Source of the DNA: a virus
Reading direction: 5' to 3' (one strand)
Length of the DNA: 64,000 nt
IMG/VR virus record: IMGVR_UViG_3300015242_000020
Span: 71,565-135,564 of that record
Part shown: in pieces, positions 18,281 to 27,145 of the stretch
Numbering within the stretch: the stretch's first letter is position 1
Layout of the letters: the number at the start of each line of letters is the position of its first letter
Translations under genes and position numbers: made by a program
The notes under the pieces: generated by a model
The model's database searches: none
Told to the model about the DNA's origin: nothing
The model's input: only the letters and a program-made list of their open reading frames with translations

Positions 18281-18957
18281 CATGACGCCAGCCGCTTAGA
18301 CATCGTCTGCTTATCGGATGAATCAATCGAGAGGTGATACCTCACCAACACATCCACGAATTTGCTGTCATAGAGGCAGGCGTAGTCCTTATTGGGCGGC
18401 ATCCACTCAGTAGGCCCCTTATCACCTTTGGCCTCATTCGAGGGGCCACTGACCGCTCTAAGGTTGATCGGATCGTTTGCGAATCGCTCGCGCTGAGCAG
18501 AAGACCAGGATTGAGCACCATGAGTCCAAGCCCAGGCAAGAGGGACACGGTGGTCTATTTGGACCAGATTGGAGGTCTTGATCCCCCGGGTGAAGTGAAT
18601 GCTGGTGCCGGTGTAGGGATCGGCCAGCACACCGGAGAGCACGGTGCAGCGGTTGGTCGCACGCTTGATGTCTTTGAGGTCGCGGGCCAGCACATCGTCG
18701 CGGGTGTCGCAGTAGTTCTTATTGACGTCGGCCCAGGCCGGGCCGAACTGTGCACGGGAGTAACCCGAGATAGAAGTACCTTGCCGAACAGAGACCTTGG
18801 CCAGCGCGACGGCTGCTGCGCCCGAGCCGGCATCCGCCGGTGGGGTCTTCTTGTCGTGCATGCCCTGCACCACCAGGATTGCCACGAAGCCGATCCCGGC
18901 GGCCCAGATCCAGCCCCGTAGGGAGCCGACAGAGCGTTCCGCACCGAAGATAGGCAT
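18277..18957 (-). CDS. Membrane-anchored/secreted DUF1524-type HNH nuclease
   Basis: YSRAQFGPAW, CDTRDDVL, DPYTG, IDHRVPL, FANDPINL, NEAKGD; N-terminal TM. Confidence 0.85.
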   Translation of the reverse strand: MPIFGAERSVGSLRGWIWAAGIGFVAILVVQGMHDKKTPPADAGSGAAAVALAKVSVRQGTSISGYSRAQFGPAWADVNKNYCDTRDDVLARDLKDIKRATNRCTVLSGVLADPYTGTSIHFTRGIKTSNLVQIDHRVPLAWAWTHGAQSWSSAQRERFANDPINLRAVSGPSNEAKGDKGPTEWMPPNKDYACLYDSKFVDVLVRYHLSIDSSDKQTMSKRLASC

Positions 18958-19030
18958 CAGGGTCTCCAGCTGGTCGGGGGATCAAAGACTGAGCCGACCG
19001 TACAAGGTTTCTTAGAACCACGCAACTGGC

Positions 19031-19066
19031 GAGGCCCCGGACTGAATGGGGCCAGTCCGGGGCCTC
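19031..19066. terminator. Hairpin, putative terminator
   Basis: 14-bp perfect stem GAGGCCCCGGACTG/CAGTCCGGGGCCTC in an intergenic gap. Confidence 0.65.
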
Positions 19067-19136
19067 TATGGCGAGAGTCCCTTGGATTCCTCTCGGCCGG
19101 GAGTGTGGCACAGCGGCCGAGAAGTCCGCAGTCGAA

Positions 19137-19469
19137 TCAGGTAGAGGCCCGGCGCCGGCCCACACCAGACACGACATGAGGGTGCAGATAGGTGACGTTC
19201 AGTTCATTGCGGGCGGCCACCAACGGGGCCGGCGCCAGCTGGCGCTCATCCAGCAGCTGATCGAGGTGAGTGCGCGCCACATCCATCCGGATCTGGGCAT
19301 CGGTGATGTCCTCGGTGTTCTCCTCGACCTGCTCCGCCAGCCGGTGGATCGTCGAGGTCTGCTGAGCGATGATCTTGCTCTGGGCGCGGAACCACGACCA
19401 GATACCCCACGTCACGACCACGTAGATCAACAGGACGAGGCCGAGGACGAGACGATCGGTGGGACTCAT
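19137..19469 (-). CDS. Membrane protein with coiled coil
   Basis: N-terminal TM followed by heptad-like region. Confidence 0.6.
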   Translation of the reverse strand: MSPTDRLVLGLVLLIYVVVTWGIWSWFRAQSKIIAQQTSTIHRLAEQVEENTEDITDAQIRMDVARTHLDQLLDERQLAPAPLVAARNELNVTYLHPHVVSGVGRRRAST

Positions 19470-19525
19470 GGCTCACCCGCCTCGCTTCATTGGCGACTGA
19501 CAGTAGCAGGGGTTACCCAGCGCGC

Positions 19526-19762
19526 CTAGGTAGCTCGACGCCACATCAGCACCGCGAGGGTGAGCCAACCGCACTGATGACCGATATCGAGCAGAGTGTT
19601 CTCCCCCAGGATCAACGATTCCACGTTGAGGGCCTGCACGACCACCACGAGGGAAAAGAAGCCGCGCCAAGACAGCTTGCCGGAGAGCCCCAGGATAGCC
19701 GCCATAACCCAGATGGCCGTGGCGGCATCTGCCCAGACCGCTTCCATCAGAACCGGGCTCAT
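19526..19762 (-). CDS. Small membrane protein
   Basis: Mostly hydrophobic 78 aa. Confidence 0.5.
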   Translation of the reverse strand: MSPVLMEAVWADAATAIWVMAAILGLSGKLSWRGFFSLVVVVQALNVESLILGENTLLDIGHQCGWLTLAVLMWRRAT

Positions 19763-19952
19763 GAGGACTCTAGGAGTCGGATAGAGATCGGCAGCAGCGC
19801 CGGATCCTCAGCGGCGTTCTGCCGCCACAAGGCACAGCAGGACACGCACAGCAGCCGACTGCGCCCGCCGGGACTGACCCACTCGTAGGCTGCGGGCTCA
19901 TCCGGCACCGGCGGGTCACGGAAGAGGGCGTGGCAGCAGTCGCAGGGCATCG

Positions 19953-20261
19953 CTAGGCGATCTGGGCGATCAGCTCGGCCCAGGGTCGAAACCTGCAGGA
20001 GCCGGAGTGATCGGCGACCCGGCTGCAGACATACTGCCCAGCCAGCAGGCCGTACTGCTCCAGCGAGGCATCCCGCAAACAGCGCTGGTCGGAACCAGCG
20101 GCGGTGGGGTGCTCGTAGGCATCCACTGCATCGATGAGGGAGTTGTCGATCGGGGTGGTCCAGTCGTGCAGTCCCGCATCGGTCACATCCCCCACCCAGG
20201 CCCGTGCCGCTGCGACCACGATCAGCAGCCGCTGCATCTCCTTATCGGAGGCCGGGCTCAT
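19953..20261 (-). CDS. Hypothetical protein
   Basis: ATG 20261 in ATGA overlap; the longer ORF call overlaps the upstream gene. Confidence 0.5.
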   Translation of the reverse strand: MSPASDKEMQRLLIVVAAARAWVGDVTDAGLHDWTTPIDNSLIDAVDAYEHPTAAGSDQRCLRDASLEQYGLLAGQYVCSRVADHSGSCRFRPWAELIAQIA

Positions 20262-20524
20262 CGCTCGTAGCGGTGCTTGAGGAAGGCAACCTCGGTGCGG
20301 GCGGAGGTGAGGTCTCCGGTGAGGCTGAGGATCTGCTCGTCGTCGTGGGCGAGCTTCTCCTCCTGGATGTGGATCACGCCGGCAAGCCGACCGATCTCGG
20401 TCTGCAGCTTGGCCACGTACTCGGCCGGCTTGAATGTCTCGGTTCGGGTGAGTGCTGGCTCGTAGTCCGGAGAGAGGATCAGATGTCCTCCGGATTTGCG
20501 GGCCAACTCGGTCAGGGGTGACAT
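20258..20524 (-). CDS. Coiled-coil hypothetical protein
   Basis: GAGGAG RBS. Confidence 0.6.
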   Translation of the reverse strand: MSPLTELARKSGGHLILSPDYEPALTRTETFKPAEYVAKLQTEIGRLAGVIHIQEEKLAHDDEQILSLTGDLTSARTEVAFLKHRYER

Positions 20525-20631
20525 GTGTGCTCCTCGGGAGCAGTCCAGGGACTAAAGGCTCACGATAGGTCCAAAAATCCCTGGAATCAACTACTCCCTG
20601 TAAGAGACTATGGCAGAAACTGTTACCGGAA

Positions 20632-21090
20632 TTATTGCTGGTCACGGGGATACGGCCTGGGTCGGGGGCGTGCGGGCGCCGGTACGGGAGCCTCTCCCAC
20701 GATCACCTCACCAGTGGGCAGTGTCGCAGTGAAGCCCTTGGTGCCGGCATCGAACGCTGCCTGCACCTCTTCCACGGGCTCCTCCGGGCCGCCAGGATCC
20801 ACGGAGACGACCTGGGAGTCTTCCGGTGACTCCTGAGATACCACAGTGCTGCTGAACTCGCCTGTGGCCTGCTCAGCGAAGCTCACCATGCGCTCGGGGA
20901 GCGGGATACCCAGCTCCTCGTTGACGTGGGCCTCGATATCGGCCAGGTCCAGCGAGCACGGCAGTGCGGTGTCCACCTCCCGGAACGGGTTGCCCAGCTC
21001 GGCGGTCAACTCCCCGTTGGTCGGGGTGGGATTCCAGCCGTCGTGACCCAGCTCGGTCTGTTGCTCCTCGGTGGTCTCGGTCGTCGTCAT
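20632..21090 (-). CDS. Acidic hypothetical protein
   Basis: ATGA overlap with vWA gene. Confidence 0.55.
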   Translation of the reverse strand: MTTTETTEEQQTELGHDGWNPTPTNGELTAELGNPFREVDTALPCSLDLADIEAHVNEELGIPLPERMVSFAEQATGEFSSTVVSQESPEDSQVVSVDPGGPEEPVEEVQAAFDAGTKGFTATLPTGEVIVGEAPVPAPARPRPRPYPRDQQ

Positions 21091-21722
21091 GACTGGTCAC
21101 CCTTGGCCGCGTCCCGATCGGACTGACTGAAGGCCGCCTTGCTGCCACCCCGAGTACGAGTGACGTAGTTGGAGACCGACCGCATGGTGCTGGTGACCTG
21201 GGCACCGGAGGCGGCATAGGCCATCGCGGAGCCGGCGTCGATCCCCATGCCCTGCGCGACGTTGAGTGCATCCAGGTTGGCGCCCAGGAAAATGAACTCC
21301 CAGCCGTAGTGCTCCCGCTGCTCGGTGACCAGCTTCTTCACCGCGTCGACCTTCCACTCCTTGCTGGAGTTCTCGTAGCCGTCGGTAAGGATCACCATGA
21401 TCACCTTGGCTGGCCGGTCATCCTCAGCCAGCGCGGCCAGGCTGACGCCGACACTGGTGATGGTCTTGCCCACCGCGTCCAGCAGCGCGGTCATGCCGCG
21501 CGGGATCAGGGTCAGCGGGGGCACGTCGAAGATCGGCTTGTTCTCGTACACGATCTCGTACTGGTCGTCGAACTGCGCCAGGGTCACCAGCGCATCACCG
21601 GGCTGCTTGCGCTGTTCGGTGATGAAGGTGTCGAAGCCACCCTCGGTGTCGGTACGGATGCTGGCCATTGAGCCGGAGCGATCCAGCACCGCGACAATGA
21701 GCGACTTGTCTTGATCCGTCAT
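21087..21722 (-). CDS. von Willebrand factor A domain protein
   Basis: MIDAS DRSGSM, GMTALLD, ILTDGYEN. Confidence 0.9.
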   Translation of the reverse strand: MTDQDKSLIVAVLDRSGSMASIRTDTEGGFDTFITEQRKQPGDALVTLAQFDDQYEIVYENKPIFDVPPLTLIPRGMTALLDAVGKTITSVGVSLAALAEDDRPAKVIMVILTDGYENSSKEWKVDAVKKLVTEQREHYGWEFIFLGANLDALNVAQGMGIDAGSAMAYAASGAQVTSTMRSVSNYVTRTRGGSKAAFSQSDRDAAKGDQS

Positions 21723-21792
21723 AGAACTATCTCCTAGTCACAGTGAATGGGATGTGGAGCTGACCCTAGCAGCGTTCTAAGGAACTCTGAAG

Positions 21793-22041
21793 TCAACCCT
21801 GAGCGTGGGCCGGCCGGTTACCGGCGGCGTGCCGACCATAGTGCTCGACCTGCCACTCCACCTCGGCCTCGGCGACGAAAGCCAGCCACGGAGCGGGCAT
21901 GTGCTTGGCCCGCAGGTGCCGGGGCAGCAGCTCGGGGTGGTGCAGCATCCGGTTGACCCGGCGGACTCGCCATGTCGTCCAGGCGGCGATCAGCCACACC
22001 ACGATGGCGGCGGCGGCAAGGATACTGATCAAGGTGATCAT
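21793..22041 (-). CDS. Small membrane protein
   Basis: N-terminal TM; AGGAG RBS. Confidence 0.55.
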   Translation of the reverse strand: MITLISILAAAAIVVWLIAAWTTWRVRRVNRMLHHPELLPRHLRAKHMPAPWLAFVAEAEVEWQVEHYGRHAAGNRPAHAQG

Positions 22042-22372
22042 GGGGTGTTGCTCCTGTCAGGGGAGGCAGCCAAAGATGCGCCGCTGCAGTTACCGGGCAG
22101 TATGCGCCTGTGGAACACTAAAGCCCCTCTCCCCGCGCAGATCGGTTGTCAGGGGCCGCTGCGCGGGGAGAGCTTTATCTGGGGGGGTTGGAAACAGCCG
22201 GGGTCGTGGAGCGTCAGGGTCTCCTCGATCCCGGCTGTGGCTTTTGGTTAGGCGCAGTCGGCGTGCACCCACTGACCGTCATCGTCATCGCAGACGATCA
22301 TGTCGGCGCCGGCCTCAATCTGCTCTCCGCACTCCGGGCACCAGCCGTCGTACTGAGCCAGTATCGGTTCCA

Positions 22373-22555
22373 TCAGGTCTCCCTCCGATCGTGTAGCGGG
22401 CAGCCACCGGTGATGTACCAACCACCCTCACCCCACGGCGGAAACCGGCCGTGGTTGTTGTCCAGGACGGCGCAGCGACAGCCCTGCTCGCCGGCCTCAC
22501 GGCTGCCTGGGTTGGGCGGGTTCGGGAGCGAGGGAGTTTCCTGGTCCATGGTCAC
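22373..22555 (-). CDS. Small Cys/His phage protein
   Basis: PNPGS.EA...GCRCAVLDN...CPLH. Confidence 0.6.
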   Translation of the reverse strand: MTMDQETPSLPNPPNPGSREAGEQGCRCAVLDNNHGRFPPWGEGGWYITGGCPLHDRRET

Positions 22556-22896
22556 GCACGCTCCTCTCCACGTACCTTGGCGTAGGTGGTGTCGGTGATC
22601 TCGATTAGCTTCAGGACGGTATTCAGGGAGGGATGCTCCCTGCGCTCACCGGAGAGCTTGTGGGTGGCCTGCCAGCGGGTTTCATAGGGCCCCGTGAAGT
22701 GCAGGAAGTCCCAGCCCGGGTGCTGCTCGGATAGAGCCTTCAGCGTCTGATGTACCCACTCGGCGCTGGTGGGCGGAGTTGTCTCTCCAGCCGGGGCAAG
22801 GACCTCAAAGCGGGGCTTGCTGGGTGTGCTCATCAGGGGCTCCAGGGGGTGCATGGGAGGGGGTAGAACCATACTGCTGTGATCAGACACTGTTTG

Positions 22897-23316
22897 TCAA
22901 GAAAGCCTAGAAGGCGGGAAGTCGCTGGCGGTGAGCCTGAAGCGCTCCCGTAGCCGGCGGGCGGTGTTGATGTCCGCCACCGGTTCAGCCAGCGGGGAGT
23001 ACAAGGACAGTGGGTCACCCCACCGGATCGCCCACAGCTTGGTGAACTCTCGTGGTGGATCACGGATCTTGAACACATGGGCCTTGCGGGGTTCGCGCTG
23101 GGCGGCCTGATGCACCAACGCGGCCTGCAGCGCACCGGCATGGGAGTGATACCGGGGGAGACCTCGGTACTGCGCCGCGACCGGTTGAGGATGGCCCAGA
23201 TGCAGGCAGGCGTGCTTTTCGCAGAAATAGATGTTCATGCTCTGATCACGCTGGCGGCGACGGACAGCGAGCGCCTCAGCCACCGTGGCGAAGGGGACCT
23301 TCTTGCCACAGTCCAT
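22897..23316 (-). CDS. Zn-finger-like hypothetical protein
   Basis: CGKKVPF...YFCEKHACLHLGH. Confidence 0.55.
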   Translation of the reverse strand: MDCGKKVPFATVAEALAVRRRQRDQSMNIYFCEKHACLHLGHPQPVAAQYRGLPRYHSHAGALQAALVHQAAQREPRKAHVFKIRDPPREFTKLWAIRWGDPLSLYSPLAEPVADINTARRLRERFRLTASDFPPSRLS

Positions 23317-23555
23317 CTCTTAGGCTCCCGGCATTTCGACCATCGTGCAGAGATGGAGATCGGCGATGTAGCAGAGCAGGCAGTACACCGGGCTGAACCG
23401 ACCGGTATGACTGTCGCAGTACCGCTCGGTCAGGACGTGCTCGTGCACGCAGACCCAAGTCTGCACTGTTAGTCCGGGGGACGGGCAGACCTGGCAGAGG
23501 CCAGCACCAGCACGATCGAACCGAACGGTGATGGTGTGCGGAGACTCGATCGTCA

Positions 23556-23915
23556 TCAGTCCGGCCACTCCATCAGGTAGGCGTCGACCTCAGGGCAGTA
23601 GTCGGTGATCCGGTAGACCACCTTGCGCTTCACGGATTGCAGGATCAGTGACCAACCGAGGGCCTCCTCCCAGTGCATCACGATGGCGCAGCCGGGCAGG
23701 GTGTCCTTGGAGAGGGTGAGGTCCAGCTCGAACGGGGGCTCGATGTCGCGCAGGTAGGCGGCCATCGTGGAGGACAGTCGAGCATCTAAGAATCGGCAAT
23801 GCAGCCACGCCTTGGGATCAGCCCGCTGGATCTCGCCGGTCTCCCAGCTGAGGGTCATCTCTCCGACCTTGCCGGCGCAGGACTCGGTGATGATCGGTAC
23901 GTCGAAGTACTCCAT
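23556..23915 (-). CDS. Hypothetical protein
   Basis: ATG 23915 in TGATG overlap. Confidence 0.55.
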   Translation of the reverse strand: MEYFDVPIITESCAGKVGEMTLSWETGEIQRADPKAWLHCRFLDARLSSTMAAYLRDIEPPFELDLTLSKDTLPGCAIVMHWEEALGWSLILQSVKRKVVYRITDYCPEVDAYLMEWPD

Positions 23916-24011
23916 CAGTGCATCACGATCGCCAGGAAAAGTACGGCGCCCACGACCACGCACACCGCGAGTACCGCGCCCATGACGAAGCCGATGACGA
24001 TGTCGGCACGG

Positions 24012-24509
24012 TCACTGGTGTCTCTCACCGAGCAACTCCCGTGCTAGTGCAGCAGTCTGGGGGCCCAGCTGAGCAACAGGAATGCCAAACACCATGAGCA
24101 GTTGAACGTCGGCCTCCACAACATCCTGGACGGCCTGATCCAACCCGTTGGCAGAATCGGGCTCGGGAGGGACTGGCGGCGCCTCGACCTCGGAGTGCTG
24201 TGGGCTGGGCACGTCGAACCAGAGCTTGGCCAGTCCGTAAACCACCGCACTCACGATGAACGCCACGACCAGAGGTATGCCCTCGGCGTTCATGAGCAAG
24301 GTGCCAGCGCTCAGCGTCAGAATCCCCAAGACGGTCTCGAAAGTCGCCACTGCCGTCCAGACCCTCTTCGCCCGGCTGGGTGGTATCGGAGGGATCGGGG
24401 GTGGGGTCCAGTCCGGATCCCACTGCCAGCTGATCAGCTCGATCTGGTCGGCTTCGGTGAGGCATTGCAGAGGATCGAGATCCATCGGGTCGATGTCGTC
24501 GTCGATCAT
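24012..24509 (-). CDS. Membrane protein
   Basis: Two TM segments. Confidence 0.55.
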   Translation of the reverse strand: MIDDDIDPMDLDPLQCLTEADQIELISWQWDPDWTPPPIPPIPPSRAKRVWTAVATFETVLGILTLSAGTLLMNAEGIPLVVAFIVSAVVYGLAKLWFDVPSPQHSEVEAPPVPPEPDSANGLDQAVQDVVEADVQLLMVFGIPVAQLGPQTAALARELLGERHQ

Positions 24510-24775
24510 GACGCTCTCCTCAGTTCGACCCAGCGGATACCCGCCTCGGTCAAGGTGTAAGCGGCTCGACCAGACCGCCCGGGTCGAGGCACTACGAGGT
24601 CGCGGGAGACCCAGCCCTCGTTGATCAGCTGGTTCAACAGTTTATGCAGGGCGGCATACCTGATCTTGGTCTCGTCCTGCAGGTCGCCATAGATATAGCG
24701 CGGCCCCGGATCGCGCTCGAACGCATCCAGCAGACGCTCGGTGTTGCGTTGTCGCCGACGAGCAAGCCAGCTCAT
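24506..24775 (-). CDS. PadR-like winged-helix protein
   Basis: YGDLQDETKI..AALHKLLNQLINEGWV...YTLTEAG. Confidence 0.7.
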   Translation of the reverse strand: MSWLARRRQRNTERLLDAFERDPGPRYIYGDLQDETKIRYAALHKLLNQLINEGWVSRDLVVPRPGRSGRAAYTLTEAGIRWVELRRAS

Positions 24776-25035
24776 GAGGCTCTCCGCTCACTCCGGGCCC
24801 TGACATCAGCCTGCCGGCAGGAGTAGCAGGGCTTCTCCCCGAGACGGTAGTGCCGTCGCCACGCGGCCAGGGTGCCATGGGGCTGGTAGTCGTAGTCCTT
24901 CCACGGGGTGGCACCGGCTCGGGCGGCACCGGCTACGTAGGCACCACGGACACACAGCCGGGAGCAGAAGCGGCTCTGCTTCTCGGTGAGCCGATCGGCA
25001 CACCAGGCACAGCGCCGACGATGGGTCAGGGCCAT
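24772..25035 (-). CDS. Zn-finger protein
   Basis: CAWC...FCSRLC; HGT..W..H...EKPCYSCR. Confidence 0.65.
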   Translation of the reverse strand: MALTHRRRCAWCADRLTEKQSRFCSRLCVRGAYVAGAARAGATPWKDYDYQPHGTLAAWRRHYRLGEKPCYSCRQADVRARSERRAS

Positions 25036-25360
25036 CGCAGGAGATCCTTTCTAGGACGGAGGGGCAGCCAGTCCTTGCACGCTGAGCCGGGCCTGCTCGG
25101 AGGCATCCAGCTGCATGGAAACCAGCACCTCGGCGGTCAGCGTGAGGTAGCCGTACTTTTGGTAGGACTGAGCGGCGTACCAGGTCGCACTCTGAGCCGG
25201 CAGCGTCGGAAACTCCCGCATCAGGTTCAGCGCGATGAAGCCGACCACCACCGGGATGAGCGGATCCATGATCACCGATCCCGCTCGGCGTGAGCCCAGG
25301 TCAGCACCACAGCAGCGATGACCAGCAGCTCCACCATGCCGACGTTGAGGAGCAGATCGA

Positions 25361-25600
25361 TCATGAAACGTCCTCATACAGCGTGTGGTACCGGATGAAT
25401 GGCGCCCGGGAGACCACGTTGCCCCGACGCACCTTGGGCTGGCCGGCGCGCTCGTCCTCATGGGTGACGTAGGCGATGGTCTCCTCGGTGACCGCCACAA
25501 TCCGCAGCAACCGCTTGCGCCGGGCTGCCCGCAGCCGGGAGGGCCGAGTCATCCAGATCTGTCCGGACACCGGGTCCGGCTTGGTCCTGATGTAGGTCAT
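25361..25600 (-). CDS. Hypothetical protein
   Basis: Packed ORF. Confidence 0.5.
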   Translation of the reverse strand: MTYIRTKPDPVSGQIWMTRPSRLRAARRKRLLRIVAVTEETIAYVTHEDERAGQPKVRRGNVVSRAPFIRYHTLYEDVS

Positions 25601-25860
25601 GTGTGCATTCCCAGGTCACTGAGCAGCGGACGCTCGGCCATCACGAACGCTCCATCCGACGGCCGCATGATGGCCGAGAGGTGCAGGACCACCGGAATCC
25701 CCTCGAACTCGGTGGTCTCTCCCAGCTGGTAGCGCACCGCCGGATCCAGGTCGGGGGAGACGCAGACGACGAACCGCTCAATCTCATCCCGAGCGCCCCG
25801 GCTCATGTCGTAGAGCACGCCCTCGACCAGGCTCTGGGGGTCAGTGGTGTTCGCCATCAT
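25597..25860 (-). CDS. Hypothetical protein
   Basis: Packed ORF. Confidence 0.5.
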   Translation of the reverse strand: MMANTTDPQSLVEGVLYDMSRGARDEIERFVVCVSPDLDPAVRYQLGETTEFEGIPVVLHLSAIMRPSDGAFVMAERPLLSDLGMHT

Positions 25861-26125
25861 CGGCCGCCTTCTGTTGGGTGGGAGGACGCCACTGCTGGTC
25901 ATAGTCCAGATGGCTGGTGTAGTGCAGTGCCTCGGTGAGCAGGCCGATCCGGATGCCCTCGATCAGGCCGTGGGCATAACCGACCGGGATGCGCTCCAGG
26001 GTGCCGTGCGCGTTATCCCACTCATCGAGCAGGATCTGCAGTGTCTGGGTCGAGCCGGCACCGTTGCGGGCCGCCTCGTTGACCCGAGCTGTCAGGAATT
26101 CCACCAAGGTCAGCGGGTGGCTCAT
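25841..26125 (-). CDS. Hypothetical protein
   Basis: LVEFLTARV...ALHYTSHLDYDQQWRP pattern seen in actinophage small proteins. Confidence 0.55.
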   Translation of the reverse strand: MSHPLTLVEFLTARVNEAARNGAGSTQTLQILLDEWDNAHGTLERIPVGYAHGLIEGIRIGLLTEALHYTSHLDYDQQWRPPTQQKAADDGEHH

Positions 26126-26317
26126 CGCAGCCCCCGCACCCAGACCTGAGTGACTCCCCAGCCGAGGATAAAGGCTTGCATGTGTGGCCAGACGCACTGC
26201 GCCAGCAGCAATGCCAGATACAGCAGGGACACCAGGCCAAAGGTGGCGAGGGCGAGGAGTACCAACTCGGCGGGAGACATGCCTGCACTCTAAGCTTCCT
26301 TAGCGGATCAGGTCAAG

Positions 26318-26776
26318 TCAGGGAGTCGCTGCCGCCGTCGGCAAGGTGGTTGGAATGGCCTGGCAGTAGGTGTTTCGGCGCCACGCCGCCACATCGAAGT
26401 CCTTCAGGATCTCGCACGAGATACTACGACTCTCGAATCCGGTCTGCCGGTTCTTCAGAGTGTCGGTCTCGTTCTGGGCCAGCGCGGTCTTCAGCTTGGC
26501 CACCTGAGTGCGCAGGACCCCGTTCTGGGTGGTGAGATCGGCGTTCTGGCCCTTGAGGATCTCGATCTGCTTGCGGTTCTTCACCGTGTTGGCGTCGGAG
26601 TGTTTGGCCGAGGCGATCGTGTAGGCGCTGGCGCCGATCAGCGCGAGCACCAAGAACATCAGGATCATCTCGCGGCGATAGAGCCGAGCCTGCATGCGCT
26701 CGGTACGCCGAACGGCACCGAGGATGCGCCGAGTCGGGGAGTCCTCGTCGGTCGAATCCGCCGGTGTCGAGGGCAT
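26318..26776 (-). CDS. Membrane-anchored coiled-coil protein
   Basis: One TM, long heptad region, two C-terminal Cys. Confidence 0.65.
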   Translation of the reverse strand: MPSTPADSTDEDSPTRRILGAVRRTERMQARLYRREMILMFLVLALIGASAYTIASAKHSDANTVKNRKQIEILKGQNADLTTQNGVLRTQVAKLKTALAQNETDTLKNRQTGFESRSISCEILKDFDVAAWRRNTYCQAIPTTLPTAAATP

Positions 26777-27145
26777 AAAAGGTCAGGGATGCCTTCCGGT
26801 GAGATAGAAGTATCTGGCGTTAGTGAGCCAGAACAGCACCCTTCTTGGCGGTGCTCCAGTGGCCACACTTGCATCCGACCGCCGTGCACACCTGGGTGAC
26901 GTTGCCCTCGGCATCCTCCCGGCTCGGGTGGAAGGAGAGCGGGTGGTTGCAGATCTTGCCCTCGACCCGGGTGCCACATTGGGGCTGGTGGCCACGCGGG
27001 TAAGGAATGGGGCGGCGTACGGCGCCGTCTTTCACAGTTGCACTCCGTGTCTGAGTCATGGTTTATCGCATCCCTTGGTTGCATCCCTGATTGCGGAGCA
27101 TACGGGCTTTCCAATCAATTCTATAGGGACCGTGATCGTTTTCGC

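Noticed and set aside
17633-18283. 216-aa minus-strand ORF
   Set aside because: Antisense to the clear HNH endonuclease.
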